Shown here: positions 51,901-63,715 of the stretch, in pieces | Position numbering within the stretch: the stretch's first letter is position 1 | How the letters are laid out: each line of letters starts with the position of its first letter | From: Enoplolaimus lenunculus | Taxonomy: Eukaryota | DNA length: 64,000 nucleotides | NCBI GenBank assembly: GCA_030248215.1 | Contig: JASANG010002859.1 | Location: 124,001-188,000, forward strand | Direction of reading: 5' to 3' | Position numbers and translations under genes: made by a program | Notes under the pieces: generated by a model | Seen by the model: only the letters and a program-made list of their open reading frames with translations | What the model was told of the DNA's origin: nothing | Database searches by the model: none

Positions 51901-54900
51901 CGAAAGAACTCTTTGTACTCGGAACCACAACGAAACGTTGCCGGCCGCGCATGCCGGCTTTGTTGCCTGTAACATGGTCTAAAGACATTTAATGGGCCGT
52001 TGAATGCCGGCGTTGACGTATCTTCGACTCGATCCGACCAAAGGCACCGAGAATCACGAAGCTCAGGGTTGGAATCGGAACAAACACAATCAGCGCTGTC
52101 TAAACACACTTTGAGGGCAGTTCTGAAACCAGCTACAAAATAAAAATAGAAAGAGCTTAAATGTTGCAAAATAGATTCCAAAAACTAAACGTGAGTCTAA
52201 CTCTGAGTCTAAAATTGATTCTAAGCCCCGTGATAATGAATTCGAAAACCTCACGTTTGCCTCAGGAACATTTCTGTACATGAGTTGAAGACTATGACTT
52301 ATGTGTAAATGAAATAATAAATAAAGAATGCCATTCAAAGTCGATTCCTTATTCTAATTTATCCATTTTGTCGATTTATTTTTAAAACTGTCCATAGCGA
52401 AAAACGAGTAAAAAATCAACTTTTTGCTTATTTCTTACTTTGAATTACTACTTACCCGAGTTCTGATAGAAAATATTAAATTTAAATGAGTGTCCACATT
52501 GAATTAATACTTACCCGAGTTTTGATAGAAAAAATTAAATTTAAATGAGTGTCCACATTGAATTAATACTTACCCGAGTTTTGATAGAAAAAATTAAATT
52601 TATATGATTGTTCACTTAAAATTAATACTTACCCGAGTTCTGATAGAACATATTAAATTTAAATGAGTGTCCACATTGAATTAATACTTACCAGAGTTTT
52701 GATAGAAAAAATTAAATTAAATGAGTGTCCGCTTTGAATTAATACTTACCCGAGTTCTGATAGAAAATATTAAATTTATATAAGTGTCCGCTTTGAATTA
52801 ATGCTTACCCGAGTTCTGATATAAAATATTAAATTAAATTAGTGTCCGCTTTGAATTAATACTTACCCGAGTTCTGATAGAAAATATTTAAACTTAAATT
52901 CCTTCGAATTTTGCTCGCTCTTTAACAACTCGTATGAAAATGTCAACACGGTATTCGATAAACCTGCAGTCAATGCTGTCACATAGTGCAAAATATCTAA
53001 AAATATTACACAGTATCAATTAGCACTGTGCCTATAGGGTGAGGCGCCTCCAAACGTCAGTAGACCCACCGAAATTAACTTCAAACCTTCCACCCAGATT
53101 ACAACATTATGAATCAATCAAGTTGTCTATATTATTATAAAGCTGAAACGTCCCACATACGTATTTTCGGCACTTTCAATATTTTCGTTCCATGTTTTGA
53201 AACGCAATGCAAAGATCAATATATGCATATATGCAAATTAGTTTACGCAACTACGAATATATACCGATAAACAGATGTGAAACGTTTAATAAAGCCAAGA
53301 AAGCATACTAACGCCAGCCTAAATATAACAAGTAGGGTTGCAAATGTTCCAACCACGTTCAGTAGTAAAATTTAAATTAGTCTGACGCGGTTCAGCATCT
53401 GTGGCTCATTTTATAACTGCTAGCATTGTAAATATTGTAGCTGTTTTTGTAGCAAAAACTAAATTTTTAAAGCAAAAACTATTTACTTGTAGATTCAATC
53501 GGTAAAGGTCGATATCCGACAGGTAAAGTAGAATTATCGCTTGTTGTCCATCCGTACCACGAGCAAAGATTTGTATGAGTTGCACAAGAAAATGCACCGT
53601 TGCATGGATGCTGCAACAGACCCAATACAGCATTAACCTTTTCTCACATGAATATTTTCAATTTTATCTGACAAGTAATTGCAAAAATGGAAACGTTTAT
53701 GAAGATGTCGGAGCTTTAGGAGCATGATTTTCGAGCCCAATCGAGCTATCACGTCTTGTGAAGATTTTACACTGTACATTTAAGAATTGTTAAACATTGC
53801 GTATCGGCTAATCGTGTGTTGTCATCGACAAAACTCGTATTTGTAGCTGAATATTTCTCTTAAAATTACTAAGCTATACATTGAGCGATAAATACTTCCG
53901 TTGTACCATTTCAGCGTTGTATCAGAACTATAAATTATTCTACTAAAGAGGTAAATGTAAGAACTAATGATATACGTGTTTTCGAGCAAAGGTTGAACCT
54001 GTTTTTAGATTAAAATGGATTTATGATCTTTCCTTAATAACCTTTACTAAGAGGTTGCGCTATATTTGTTGATGAACATCAGTACATTCCCATGCATTTC
54101 GTTGGGACGCTGCGTATTCCTGGTCGCGGATCGCAGTGTGCGCTGCGGCAGACGACGCAATATACGACGGTGGGGCAAACAGATTTCCACCTGCGGGAAC
54201 ATTCCGCACCGGACGTCAAGTATAGCACGATCCCGTTAACAAAACAACGAATGAGATTAATCTTACCCTGTCGGTATTGGTAGTTATTGAACACAAATTT
54301 TGAGCCATATCTTGTACTTCAATTTCTCCAATTGCGATTGGATAACGCCGTAAGTTGTCCGCAACGAAATGAAGCTAAAATATAAAAATATATGTGCGTC
54401 CGGAATTCCTGCAAAAATTCAATTCCTGTTCTTGTTCCTCCTGTTCCTACATTTAAAAATGCAGGAACCGGAATTTTTATGGTTTTGTCGCAAACTATGC
54501 CTAATCATTTAAATATTAGAAACTTTGTCTTTAAAAAATTACTATTTAGACATGAGTGTCTTTGCAATTCAATTTTTTAATAAACTGTTTCCGTTGTGTG
54601 TTCGCAGAAAACAGCTTAAAATTGGTTTAAGCCGTTTTTTGGCAAAGTTTTCTAAAAAGTCCAATAGTAATTCTCGGTGATGAAAATTATTTCAAATTCC
54701 GTTTCCTGTTCCTGTTCAGGTTCGCGCAATAAAATCAGATCCTGTTCCTGTTCCGGTTCCGGCAAAATTTAGTTCCTGTTGAAACCCTGGATATAGACAT
54801 TATTGACCTTGCAGGCTTCCACTATTCTTATAAACTTTTCTTGTACATTTTGACCTACTACGTATTAGGCATAGGTTTGTAAAGAAAAACACTTACAATT

Positions 54901-57900
54901 GCCTAATCCGAAGACTAAGCCTTTTCCTAAGCTAAAACATACGTCTAAACTACAGTCGTAACCTAATTACAAAAGAAAAGTTTATAAGAACCAAGACTCG
55001 AATGTGAGCTATTACACTGTAAATTCCAATAAGTTGATTAATCAACTCAGCTAGACAGTTAGTTATTTCTGAGTTAATAACAGTAAATATTAACTCACTG
55101 TGAGTTGGGATGATTCCGGCTCGGAGTTCAGTTGATTCCGGTTGAGTTGAATAATTAACTCAGAGTTAGTTTTTTGACTCACAATTCCGAGTTCTCAAAG
55201 TCCTAACTCAGACTGAGTGATTGAACTCATTCTGAGTTGAAATCAACTCACTAGGATTTACAGTGTATGGATGCACTCACCGATCGACTACCTGCTGGAA
55301 TGCGAACGTGTTCTTTAACGTTCGGGTCGCAGTCCCACGACCCGGCCCAGCTCCGTCTACAAGGCCGCCAACCGTCAACCAGGCCATCTTCAGCTTCCAC
55401 ATCAAGCCTGGTAAGCGATGTCTTCCATAAACAGTTCGAATTGTGAAATTGACCAGAACTCGTGTCACAGTTACAGTTTGGTGAATTTTGGCAAAGTTTG
55501 AGAGTTGGCCTAAAAATTATTGCACCAAAATAAGACAATATACAACATCAAGTGATATTTACGAAAAAAGTTGCGAATTCGGTAATTATACAAAATTGAA
55601 CAACGTGGCACAAAGCCAGTTCAAGCGTTTTATAGAGTTGATTTCAATTGACCAGAAGTAAATAAAACTACGGAAAAAATATTACAGTCCGGATCCGAGT
55701 GACGAGGATGGCACCGTCGGCAAAGGGCAAACAAACATCAGTCTTCCCTCCGCTTATTCGGGTCACGACTGTTGCCAGATCAACAAGCTAACGATGAGCA
55801 TAATAATTTAAAACGGATATGATGTTCATTTCATGACTTATAAACGGGACAAAAAGGGTGGGAGCAAAAAACTTTATGGGGTCGAAACCCATCCCTACCC
55901 CCTCCACTGAACAACAACCTGTAGATCTGTGTTACCCTGGTGAAGATAGCTTGAATTTAAACGTCAATACATAATTGTTAGTCGTATCGGTAAACGGTAC
56001 ACCAAGTACGGCGCTGTCTTGTTCGTTTCGGCTACGGGCTTCAAGTGAGCTTTGATCTGAAATAAATGCGCAATAAAGCAAACTAAGGGCTTTCGTATAT
56101 TTTTAAACGCGCGTTTAAGGTTAAGGCGTCGGCTCAGACTTAACCCAAAGGCTTTAGGGTTAGGCATAGAAAAACTTGCCTCTTAACCTAAGCCTAAGCT
56201 TAAGTGTTGGAGACAGCGTACAGAAACCGAAGTAATTGCTGTCTTAATTGTGATGTCATAATCTAAGCATCAGCTTACAAGTTGGTCGTATGAATATTTG
56301 AGTATGAAAAGTTAAAACTTGCAAAAGTGAAATAAAATAATAATAAGAATAAGAATAACAATAATAATAATAATAATAATACTGCATTTAAGCAAATATT
56401 TCTTAAAAATTCTGCATTAGATTGAAATTCCTTAAAATTTCTGCATTTAAGATGAAATTCCTTAAAAATTCTGCATTTAAGTTGAAATTCGTTTAAAATT
56501 CTGCATTTAAGTTGAAATTCCTTAAAAATTCTGCATTTAAGTTGAAATTCCTTAAAAATTTTGCATTTAAGTTGAAATTCCTTAAAATTTCTGCATTTAA
56601 GTTGAAATTCCTTAAAAATTCTGCATTTAAGTTGAAATCTCCTAAAAATTCTGCATTTAAGTTGAAATTCCTTAAAAATTCTGCATTTAAGTTGAAATTC
56701 CTTAAAAATTCTGCATTTAAGTGGAAATTCCTTAAAAATTCTGCATTTAAGTTGAAATCCCTTAAAAATTCTGCATTTAAGTTAAAATTTGTTAAAAATT
56801 CAACATTAATTTGAAATTCCTTGTTACAGCGTACATTCAATAGAAAGGAAAGAAAAAGTTCTTGTATTTTCAACAATTTCTAATGTTTTGAGAGTACAGG
56901 CCAGACCCTCAGCCAGCTCACCGTGCTACGGGAGGGCTAAAAATTTTGAAGAGGGGCATATAAGAGTTTTCGTTGACTTACAAGCAAGGTTAATAATTTT
57001 CTAGGGGGGCTGAAATTTTTCCAGAGAGGGTTGAGCACTCCACTCAAGAATATTAAATCTCACTGTCGCGTACTGAGAAATTTAAACTAAACTGGATCGC
57101 GACCGAAAACCAACTAAACCACTGAGCAAAGCTCTCGTACCTGGTGATCTAAAAACTTGCTGACAGCATTTTCCGGTGAGACAAAGTGCGTTGTTCGCAC
57201 ATAATCCACTCTTACAATCACCAATGACAGTGTAATTCTTCGGACACAAAGGCGAATTGTTGGACAAATCTGTAAACTTTAGGTGAAATTAGTTTCCCAC
57301 CATCGTTGGGTGGTGGCGTTTGTTTTCGCTGGCGGCAGTTTTAACAGACTTGCTGTAGTGACCCGAATAAGAGGGGGGCAATAAGAGGGGGGTCCCCATT
57401 TGAGTCGTAATCAATAGGAGTCCGTATCCCTAATAAGAGTCCGTAAGCGGATTTAACTCTAATTGTTGTGCATAAATGACTCCAGAACCAAATAATTCGA
57501 GTTTGAAACTTTAAAGCGTACTTAAATTTTTGAATGTACATTTCTAAGTATAACCTTGCAGTATTACACAACCTATTGACACAATACAAACAAACGTTTA
57601 ATTCAACGTATAGTTGCAATGCCGAAGACATATTTGTAACGAACAGTGGCAGAGGGCCGGTAGAAAATAAATAACAGTCCGTAACCGAATAACAAGGGGG
57701 GGCCCTATGGAGAGGCCAAATAAATATCAGTCCCCCACTCATATTCGAGACGCTACAGTAAGCGAAACGAAAAAGTTACAATCTATATTATTAATGCTGT
57801 ATCGTTCCACATACGTATTTTAGGCATCGTTCCAGCACAAATGTAAAATATTACATAATTGGTTTGAAAAAGCATTAGTGTGTATAGGATTACTGATATC

Positions 57901-60900
57901 AGTCCAATTTTTGTCAGTGTAACCTATGCTTAATAAAACGTTGCTTTCGCTCCAACTTTAGTGTTCTTTTGTTGTAATTGAGATTTTGACCTGTCACTCA
58001 GCTTGCATGTCTCGAGTTTGTAAGGTTTGTGGTAGTGGATAGCTTTGAGCTGCTTATGAAGAATTCTGTCACGAACACTCAAGCTGCTGGCCAATTTGAG
58101 TGTTGCACATGTGTGTAACTACACTGTAAAAAATGGGGAGTCAAATTGACTCTTTCGGAAACAGGCTTTTCCTGACTACACAAACTGAGTCAAAATTCGA
58201 TTCCGCCAGAGGCAAATTCGATTCATTGAATCGCTGAGTGAGTAGAATTTGACTCTGGCGGAGTCAAATTTGACTCAGTTTGTGTAGTCAGGAAAAGCCT
58301 ATTTCCAAGAGAGTCAATTTGAGTCCACATTTTTTAAAGTAGGTTTTTTCCCAACGAAAATTATTTGAATAATAATTAATGACAAATGTCGAAAATGTAG
58401 AAAAATCAAACATTACAATTAACCATTGTTCACACGAAACCTTTGTAATGCTGTGTAAAAAATTTTCGCTCGAGGGCCGCCTTCCGTACCATTCTCGTAT
58501 CGATAGATCTGGTTAAATTGTTAAAACTAACCTAAATTGGTTGAAATATCAAAAAATACTTGGCGTTCGCAACACGTGCCGCTAACACATACAAAGCCAG
58601 GCTGGCAAAGGTTATTGATGCACCTGCCGGCTGATCGAACATTCCCAGGGCATTCTTTAAATATGAATAAAAAATAATTAAATAAAGCGTAAAATTATTG
58701 ATATTCAAACTTTCAAAATATATTTAAATTTACTCTGAGCATAGGATAACGCATTCGAATTGAACCGGATAAATCTGCCACTGGCCTAAGAATAAGGTAA
58801 AATAGTCGTTTCCAAACGCTGCGTGTCACTGTATTTTATATTCCGTGAAAGCCAATACCGCGAACTACTAGCATCCATCTACAGTGGCGGATCCAGGATT
58901 TCAAAATGGGGGGGGGCAAAATTTCACAGGTAATAAACTTATTTTTTCACCCACACACAAACCACGAATTATTGCCATAAAATTGATATATAATTTTTGT
59001 CGAGATGCTGTTGGGGGGCAACGGCCGGGGTGGCCCCCCCATGGATCCGCCATTGTCCATCTGGTAATGTCTAAAGCTGTTCAAAAATATATTCACCACA
59101 GAGTCTAAAAATTAATCGTTTAAACCATACCGGTTGTTACGTCATCGTCGCCGCTTGCGGATGACAATCGCCACAACCGGTTCCCAATGTTCCAATTGCA
59201 GTAGCCGTTCGAAAAGGCGCATGGAACCGATGTACATATATGCTAAATAGGTTAACATATCCCCTGATTATGGAACTCAAGTTTGATGTAAATTCGTTCG
59301 AACCAAGTTAGCTAATCTTCTACGGTTTTAAAATTGAAACTATAATCAGTATTTGGACCAGATTGTTTGTATGTTATGATGATACAACAAAGGTACAACG
59401 GTTTAGTAAGACGGTTGATGGTATAGCCTCCCCACACCCCATAATTAGGCTCCCCACACCCCATAATTAGGCTCCCCACACCACATTATTAGGCTCCCCT
59501 CACCCCATAATTAGGTGGTTCCCCACACCCCATAATTAGGCTCCCGACACCCCATAATTAGGCTTCCCACACCCCATAATTAGGCTTCCCACACCCCATA
59601 ATTAGGCTCCCCACAACCCATAATTAGGCTCCCCACACCCCATAATTAGGCTCCCCACACCCCATAATTAGGCTTCCCGCACCCCATAACCAAGTTTGGG
59701 AAAAACTCATCCTATTCGTATACTTTTGTCTATACCTTTACCTAAACCTCAGCTTTAACCTAAGCCTTTGCATATGCCTTTACCGAAACCTAAGCCCAAG
59801 CCTAAGCCTAAGCCTTAACCTTCAAAGGGTACAGTTTGTTTCGTGACACCGGTCTTACGTTCGGGTCAATTGCTGTACTGCTACACCCTGGCAAATTGCA
59901 AACGCTGGTTTGTTGAAATGGACCAACACAAGGTTTGCCACCTTCTTCGGCATACTGAACGACACGGCGTCCACGTAATTTGGTTCCGCCGGAACCACAA
60001 GTACGGCTGCACAAACTCCATCCGCTCCAGTCGCTAACTAAGCAAGGCTTTGGTTCTAAAAGTTAAGCCTTATTCACACGTGCAAGTTCTCGCAGGAAAA
60101 ACTTGAAACGTTCGAGTGTTAAACTGAACAACTAAAATATGAAAGTACTTAATAATTATTTGCTTTTCTGTTATAATTAATATGGCCCATGTATAGAACA
60201 GGGCCGGATCGTTTTCCGGAGGGGCTATAATAAAGTCAGTTTAAGCTTTAGACTATTTTTTTGCTTATGCTTAGGCTTTTAGGCATAGGCTTAGAAATAG
60301 ACTCATCCATACGCTTAGGCTTAGGCTTAGGAATATGCTTATACTACTGTTCCGGCCCTGTTCTATACATGGGCCATTAATTTCATTAATAGCATATTAA
60401 TTGCCAGCTATTTTGATATTATTTATTTCCTAAATCGCTTGTACGTTAAGCCTAAACCTAATTCGTGATAATACAATAAAATAAATATTAGGGGGAAGAC
60501 TTTCACTTTCGTTGAAATTAGCTCAATTGCCGGGGGGGGGGGGGTGGAAAACAAGTAGCCAAAAAACTATACCTCAGTAACGAGTCATACTTTCTAGCAT
60601 TTTCACACGTATATCTGTCTTGCAAGCAGAAAATTGAAAATTATTTATAAGTTGTTTTTAGGAAACAGCGCCGTTACACGCTTTATCGCGCAGTAACTCG
60701 TAGAATTCATTATTAAAAATACTACTACTACTGTAGTAACCCGAAATAAGAGGAGGGTGACTGATATTTATTTGGCCCCTCAAGAGGGTACCCCGTGTTA
60801 TTCGGTTACGGACTGATATTTATTTTAACCCACGCTCCGCCACCCTTCGTTACTGAGATATCCGGTAACGCAACTATCCGTTGAATTTAACGTTAATTTG

Positions 60901-62210
60901 TCTTGTATCAATAACTTGAGCCATAATGCATAGTTATACTTACGATTGTACTTTCAAAATTTAAGTATGCTTTAAACTTTCAAAGTCAAATTATTTGGTT
61001 CTGGGGTCATTTTTGCGCTACAATTAGGGATAACTGACATTTATTGACTCTAATTAGGGTTTAGGGACTCTGTCTGCTTACGGACTCTTATTAGGGATAC
61101 GGAGTCCTATTTATTGAGACTCAAAATGGGAACCCCCTCTTATTACTCCTGTTATTCGGGTCACTACAGTACTACTACTGGAATTTGTTACTTTTATCAC
61201 GACGCCAACGTACCTTTAAAGCATTTATTCACACCATACATGCTGGTTCCTTTGAAAAAACATCGACTTGCTGAATGGTTACAGGTTGCCGAGTACAACA
61301 TGCATTGTTTCTGAAACGTACCATACTCATACGACCGACATCGTGGGTTATTGAAACAAAGCCGCTGACAGTCGACAACATTACCGGATACCAAATATCG
61401 ACTAAGAAACGGAAGCGGTTGATTCATTGACCGTTGTACAGGATTGTCAAAACAGTGCGAAATTTCTAAAAATTGAAGAAAAGCCGAAAACAATTCATGC
61501 TAAATCAAAAGAACCGGAATTCTCAACTGTATGTAGCCCCACTTCAGCAGGGTAAATTTACTACACAAAAATTAGCCAAATTTTGAAGCTTACGATAGTT
61601 CAACGATACTGTAGTGACCGAAAAAGATGACAACTCACATAAACTTTATTACGTTCAGAGGAAAGATTAGCGGGCATGGCAATCAACAAAAAATGCTTCG
61701 GAGCAAGTGAGTTGTGCCCAAAAAATATATAAAAAACGATGTCGGGTCAAACTATTAACACAAAAGGTGAATTAAAAATAAATAACAGTCCGTAATCGAA
61801 TAAACAGGGGAGTAACCTCTGGGGGTCCCTACAGTAGGTAGGTGTTATACTTGAAATTACGGGCACTGATACTGATATTCAAATTACAGGCCTGAAACCT
61901 GAACATCGATAAAACAGATCACGTCTGTGGTGAACCATTCGCATGTTTCAAAAGGTCTGCGCCAATACCCAAATACAAACGTTGTTGTGACCCATGCTGC
62001 AGAAATACAAAGTTTATTTCATTACAAACAGCTTCAGACTACTTAGCTAATAAAAAGTAAATCTAAATATTTTAATTAATACCTCTTATTGACCGAAATC
62101 GACCTTGAAAGCCTTCCATTGATTCGTCCGGATCGTACGACCGCATCAGAACGATAAACTGGTTAGTTTGTGATATGTAGCGTTGATTTGGAATTTCGTA
62201 GCCACAAAAT
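48685..62210 (-). CDS. Gene C (multi-exon, 5'-incomplete): extracellular mosaic protein CUB - PAN/Apple - TSP1 - MAM-like (with two CC Cys-rich inserts) - MAM-like - PAN/Apple
   Basis: Minus-strand exons 62210-62083, 61465-61214, 60055-59859, 59242-59131, 58654-58532, 57269-57141, 56056-55936, 55509-55281, 54374-54267, 53610-53487, 52996-52867, 52122-51879, 50190-50076, 48989-48685 (TAA). Phases match at all 13 introns. Confidence 0.85.
49479..49741. mobile_element. ~265-bp MITE with TTAA-CCC...GGG-TTA(A) ends (piggyBac-like) containing a tRNA-like A/B-box segment
   Basis: TIR CCCTTTCTCACAT; inverted copy at about 13347-13609; fragments at 47380-47530, 48157-48245, 53637-53800. Confidence 0.7.
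50076..53610 (-). CDS. Gene C exons 53610-53487, 52996-52867, 52122-51879, 50190-50076: MAM-like domain 2
   Basis: HPCNGAFSC...LCSW / VLTFSYEL / GTALKVCLDSADCVC / IHFVASG...KLKDVAV...C; parallels domain 1 exon by exon. Confidence 0.75.
52440..52890. repeat. 58-59-bp tandem repeat (8 copies) spanning an exon/intron junction of gene C
   Basis: ACTTACCCGAG-like core recurs at 52450, 52509, 52568, 52627, 52686, 52744, 52803, 52861. Confidence 0.9.
54267..56056 (-). CDS. Gene C exons 56056-55936, 55509-55281, 54374-54267: remainder of MAM-like domain 1
   Basis: VLTFKFKL / GPTLKLCQNSPNCNC / LHFVADNLRRYPIAIGEIEV...C; canonical splice sites. Confidence 0.75.
56380..56820. repeat. 30-bp minisatellite
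   Basis: Unit CTTAAAAATTCTGCATTTAAGTTGAAATTC, about 13-14 copies; preceded by an (AAT)n tract at 56339-56380. Confidence 0.95.
57141..57269 (-). CDS. Gene C exon: Cys-rich CC-type module 2
   Basis: CPKNYTVIGDCKSGLCANNALCLTGKCC, phase 1-1; ORF 57082..57267. Confidence 0.75.
58532..58654 (-). CDS. Gene C exon: Cys-rich CC-type module 1
   Basis: CPGNVRSAGRCINNLCQPGFVCVSGTCC, phase 1-1. Confidence 0.75.
   Translation of the reverse strand, partial: NALGMFDQPAGASITFASLALYVLAARVANAKYFLIFQPI
59131..59242 (-). CDS. Gene C exon: start of MAM-like domain 1
   Basis: HICTSVPCAFSNGYCNWNIGNRLW has the C-x-F...C-x-W opening typical of MAM. Confidence 0.7.
59426..59690. repeat. 22-bp minisatellite
   Basis: Unit CCCCACACCCCATAATTAGGCT, about 12 copies. 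Confidence 0.95.
59859..60055 (-). CDS. Gene C exon: thrombospondin type-1 repeat (spondin-like)
   Basis: CLVSDWSGWSLCSRTCGSGGTKLRGRRVV...GGKPC...CNLPGC. Confidence 0.9.
60731..61169. mobile_element. ~440-bp MITE with CTGTAGT(G/A)ACCCGAATAA TIR and TA flanks (Tc1/mariner-like)
   Basis: TIRs and TA flanks; related copies at 57353-57758, 40781-41010, 38130-38413, 31116-31310. Confidence 0.75.
61214..61465 (-). CDS. Gene C exon: PAN/Apple domain
   Basis: CF...DCQRLCFNNPRCRSYEY....QCMLY cysteine pattern; ORF 61197..61493. Confidence 0.85.
62083..62210 (-). CDS. Gene C exon: C-terminal half of a CUB domain
   Basis: FCGYEIPNQRYISQTNQFIVLMRSYDPDESMEGFQGRF matches the CUB pattern FCG...S..N...v.f.S......GF...y. 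Confidence 0.8.
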
Positions 62211-62689
62211 CTAAAAATCTGTCAAGCGTTATATTGATCCCAACGCTTTCGGGTAGTGTGCTCCCCAGGGTAATGCTACTTTTAGGTCTGTAACCGTAGA
62301 TTAAACATATTCTTAAGTATTACAAACCTTGCCTAAGCCTGAACCTAAGCAGAAAAATAGCGTAAAATCTAACCCTGATAATTTGGAGTCCCACCCGGAA
62401 ATGGGATGACTCTAAAGGTAACACAAGCCGTTCCCCTACAAACAGTTCAAACTACAAAAATTACTGCGGGCTGTTCGCCCCACGTCCAGTTTCTACTACA
62501 AAAATTACTGGAATAATGAAATAGGCTTGGACCTTGGGCTTAGGCTTGGGCTTAGCCTTAGACTTTGGAGTTCGAATTTTGGAAACTAATAAAGAGAAAT
62601 ATGGTTAGAAAGTTTTCCGTTGTATCAAATTAATACTTGAAATGAGCGAAAGTATGCCAGAATGTTTTTACTAAATTCATAATGGACAT

Positions 62690-63365
62690 GGCCCATGTAA
62701 ATATCAGGGCGGAACGTTTTTCTGTGGGACTACAAAGGGCTTTGGCTAAGGTTTAGGCTTAGGCATATGCTTAGGAATATGCTCATTATTACGCTTAGGA
62801 AAAGGTTTAGGCTTTGGCTTAGGAATAAACTTATTCTTACGCTTAGGCTTAGGTTTAGGCTTAGAAATAAACTCTTTCTTACGCTTAGCCTTAGGCTTAG
62901 GCTTAGGAATAAACTCATTCTTACGCTTTGGCTAAGGCTTAGGCTTAGGCATATGCTTAGGAATATGCTCATTATTACGCTTAGGAAACAGTTTAGGCTA
63001 AGGCTTAGGAATAAACATTCTTACGCTTAGGCTTAGGTTTAGGCTTAGACTTAAAAATAAACTCTTTCTTACGCTTAGGCTTAGGTTTAGGCTTAGGCTT
63101 AAAAATAAACTCTTTCTTACGCTTAGGCTTAGGTTTAGGCTTAGGCTTAAAAATAAACTCTTTCTTACGCTTAGGCTTAGGCGTTGGCTTAGGAATATGC
63201 TCATTATTACGCTTAGGAAAAGGTTTAGGCTTAGGCTTATTAATAAACTTATTCTTACGCTTAGGCTTAGGTTTAGGTTTAGGCTTAGAAATAAACTCTT
63301 ACGCTTAGAATTAGGCTTAGGCTTAGGCTTAGGTTTAGCAATATGCTTATAATACTCTTCCGCCT
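62690..63365. repeat. Telomeric-repeat MITE with internally expanded (TTAGGC)n-derived higher-order array
   Basis: Begins with the GGCCCATGTAAA TIR; many TTAGGC runs alternate with AATAAACTC.TTCTTACGC or AATATGCTCATTATTACGC spacers. Confidence 0.85.
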
Positions 63366-63715
63366 CACTTTTAACTATATTCTTGCAGCACCATACCTAT
63401 ATATCATAAAGGCGGAAAATTGAGCTTGTCAAAATACAATTATAATTATTAAATTATGCTTAAAAGACTTCTGATTAAAGTTGAAAATCGACTAACTTTG
63501 GCCCAGTATTCATCAGGTTGCCAGCGTATCGTAGTTCAACGTAATTCGCGTAACATAACGGAATTCGACTCGAAATAAACCCAAAAACAGTCCCGTTGAA
63601 TTCAAATTCAATTTTTAGATCATTTGAAGTCTAGAAACCGAACTCAAAAGCAAGTCAAAAAACGGTTCGTTTGAACTTAAAAGCCGCAGGCTAAATTTAC
63701 AATATTTATAAATTT

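Noticed and set aside
54079..54294. Cys-rich ORF 54079..54294 (-) and ORF 54092..54283 (+)
   Set aside because: Mostly intronic to the phase-consistent gene C model; exon 54374-54267 uses another frame and splices cleanly to 53610.
56493..56876. ORFs 56493..56876 (-) and 56512..56814 (+) with 10-aa repeats
   Set aside because: Translation artefacts of a 30-bp intronic minisatellite; no splice-compatible role.
61898..61996. Possible minus-strand exon AWVTTTFVFGYWRRPFETCEWF...
   Set aside because: No phase-1 donor found; exons 62083 and 61465 already join in frame.
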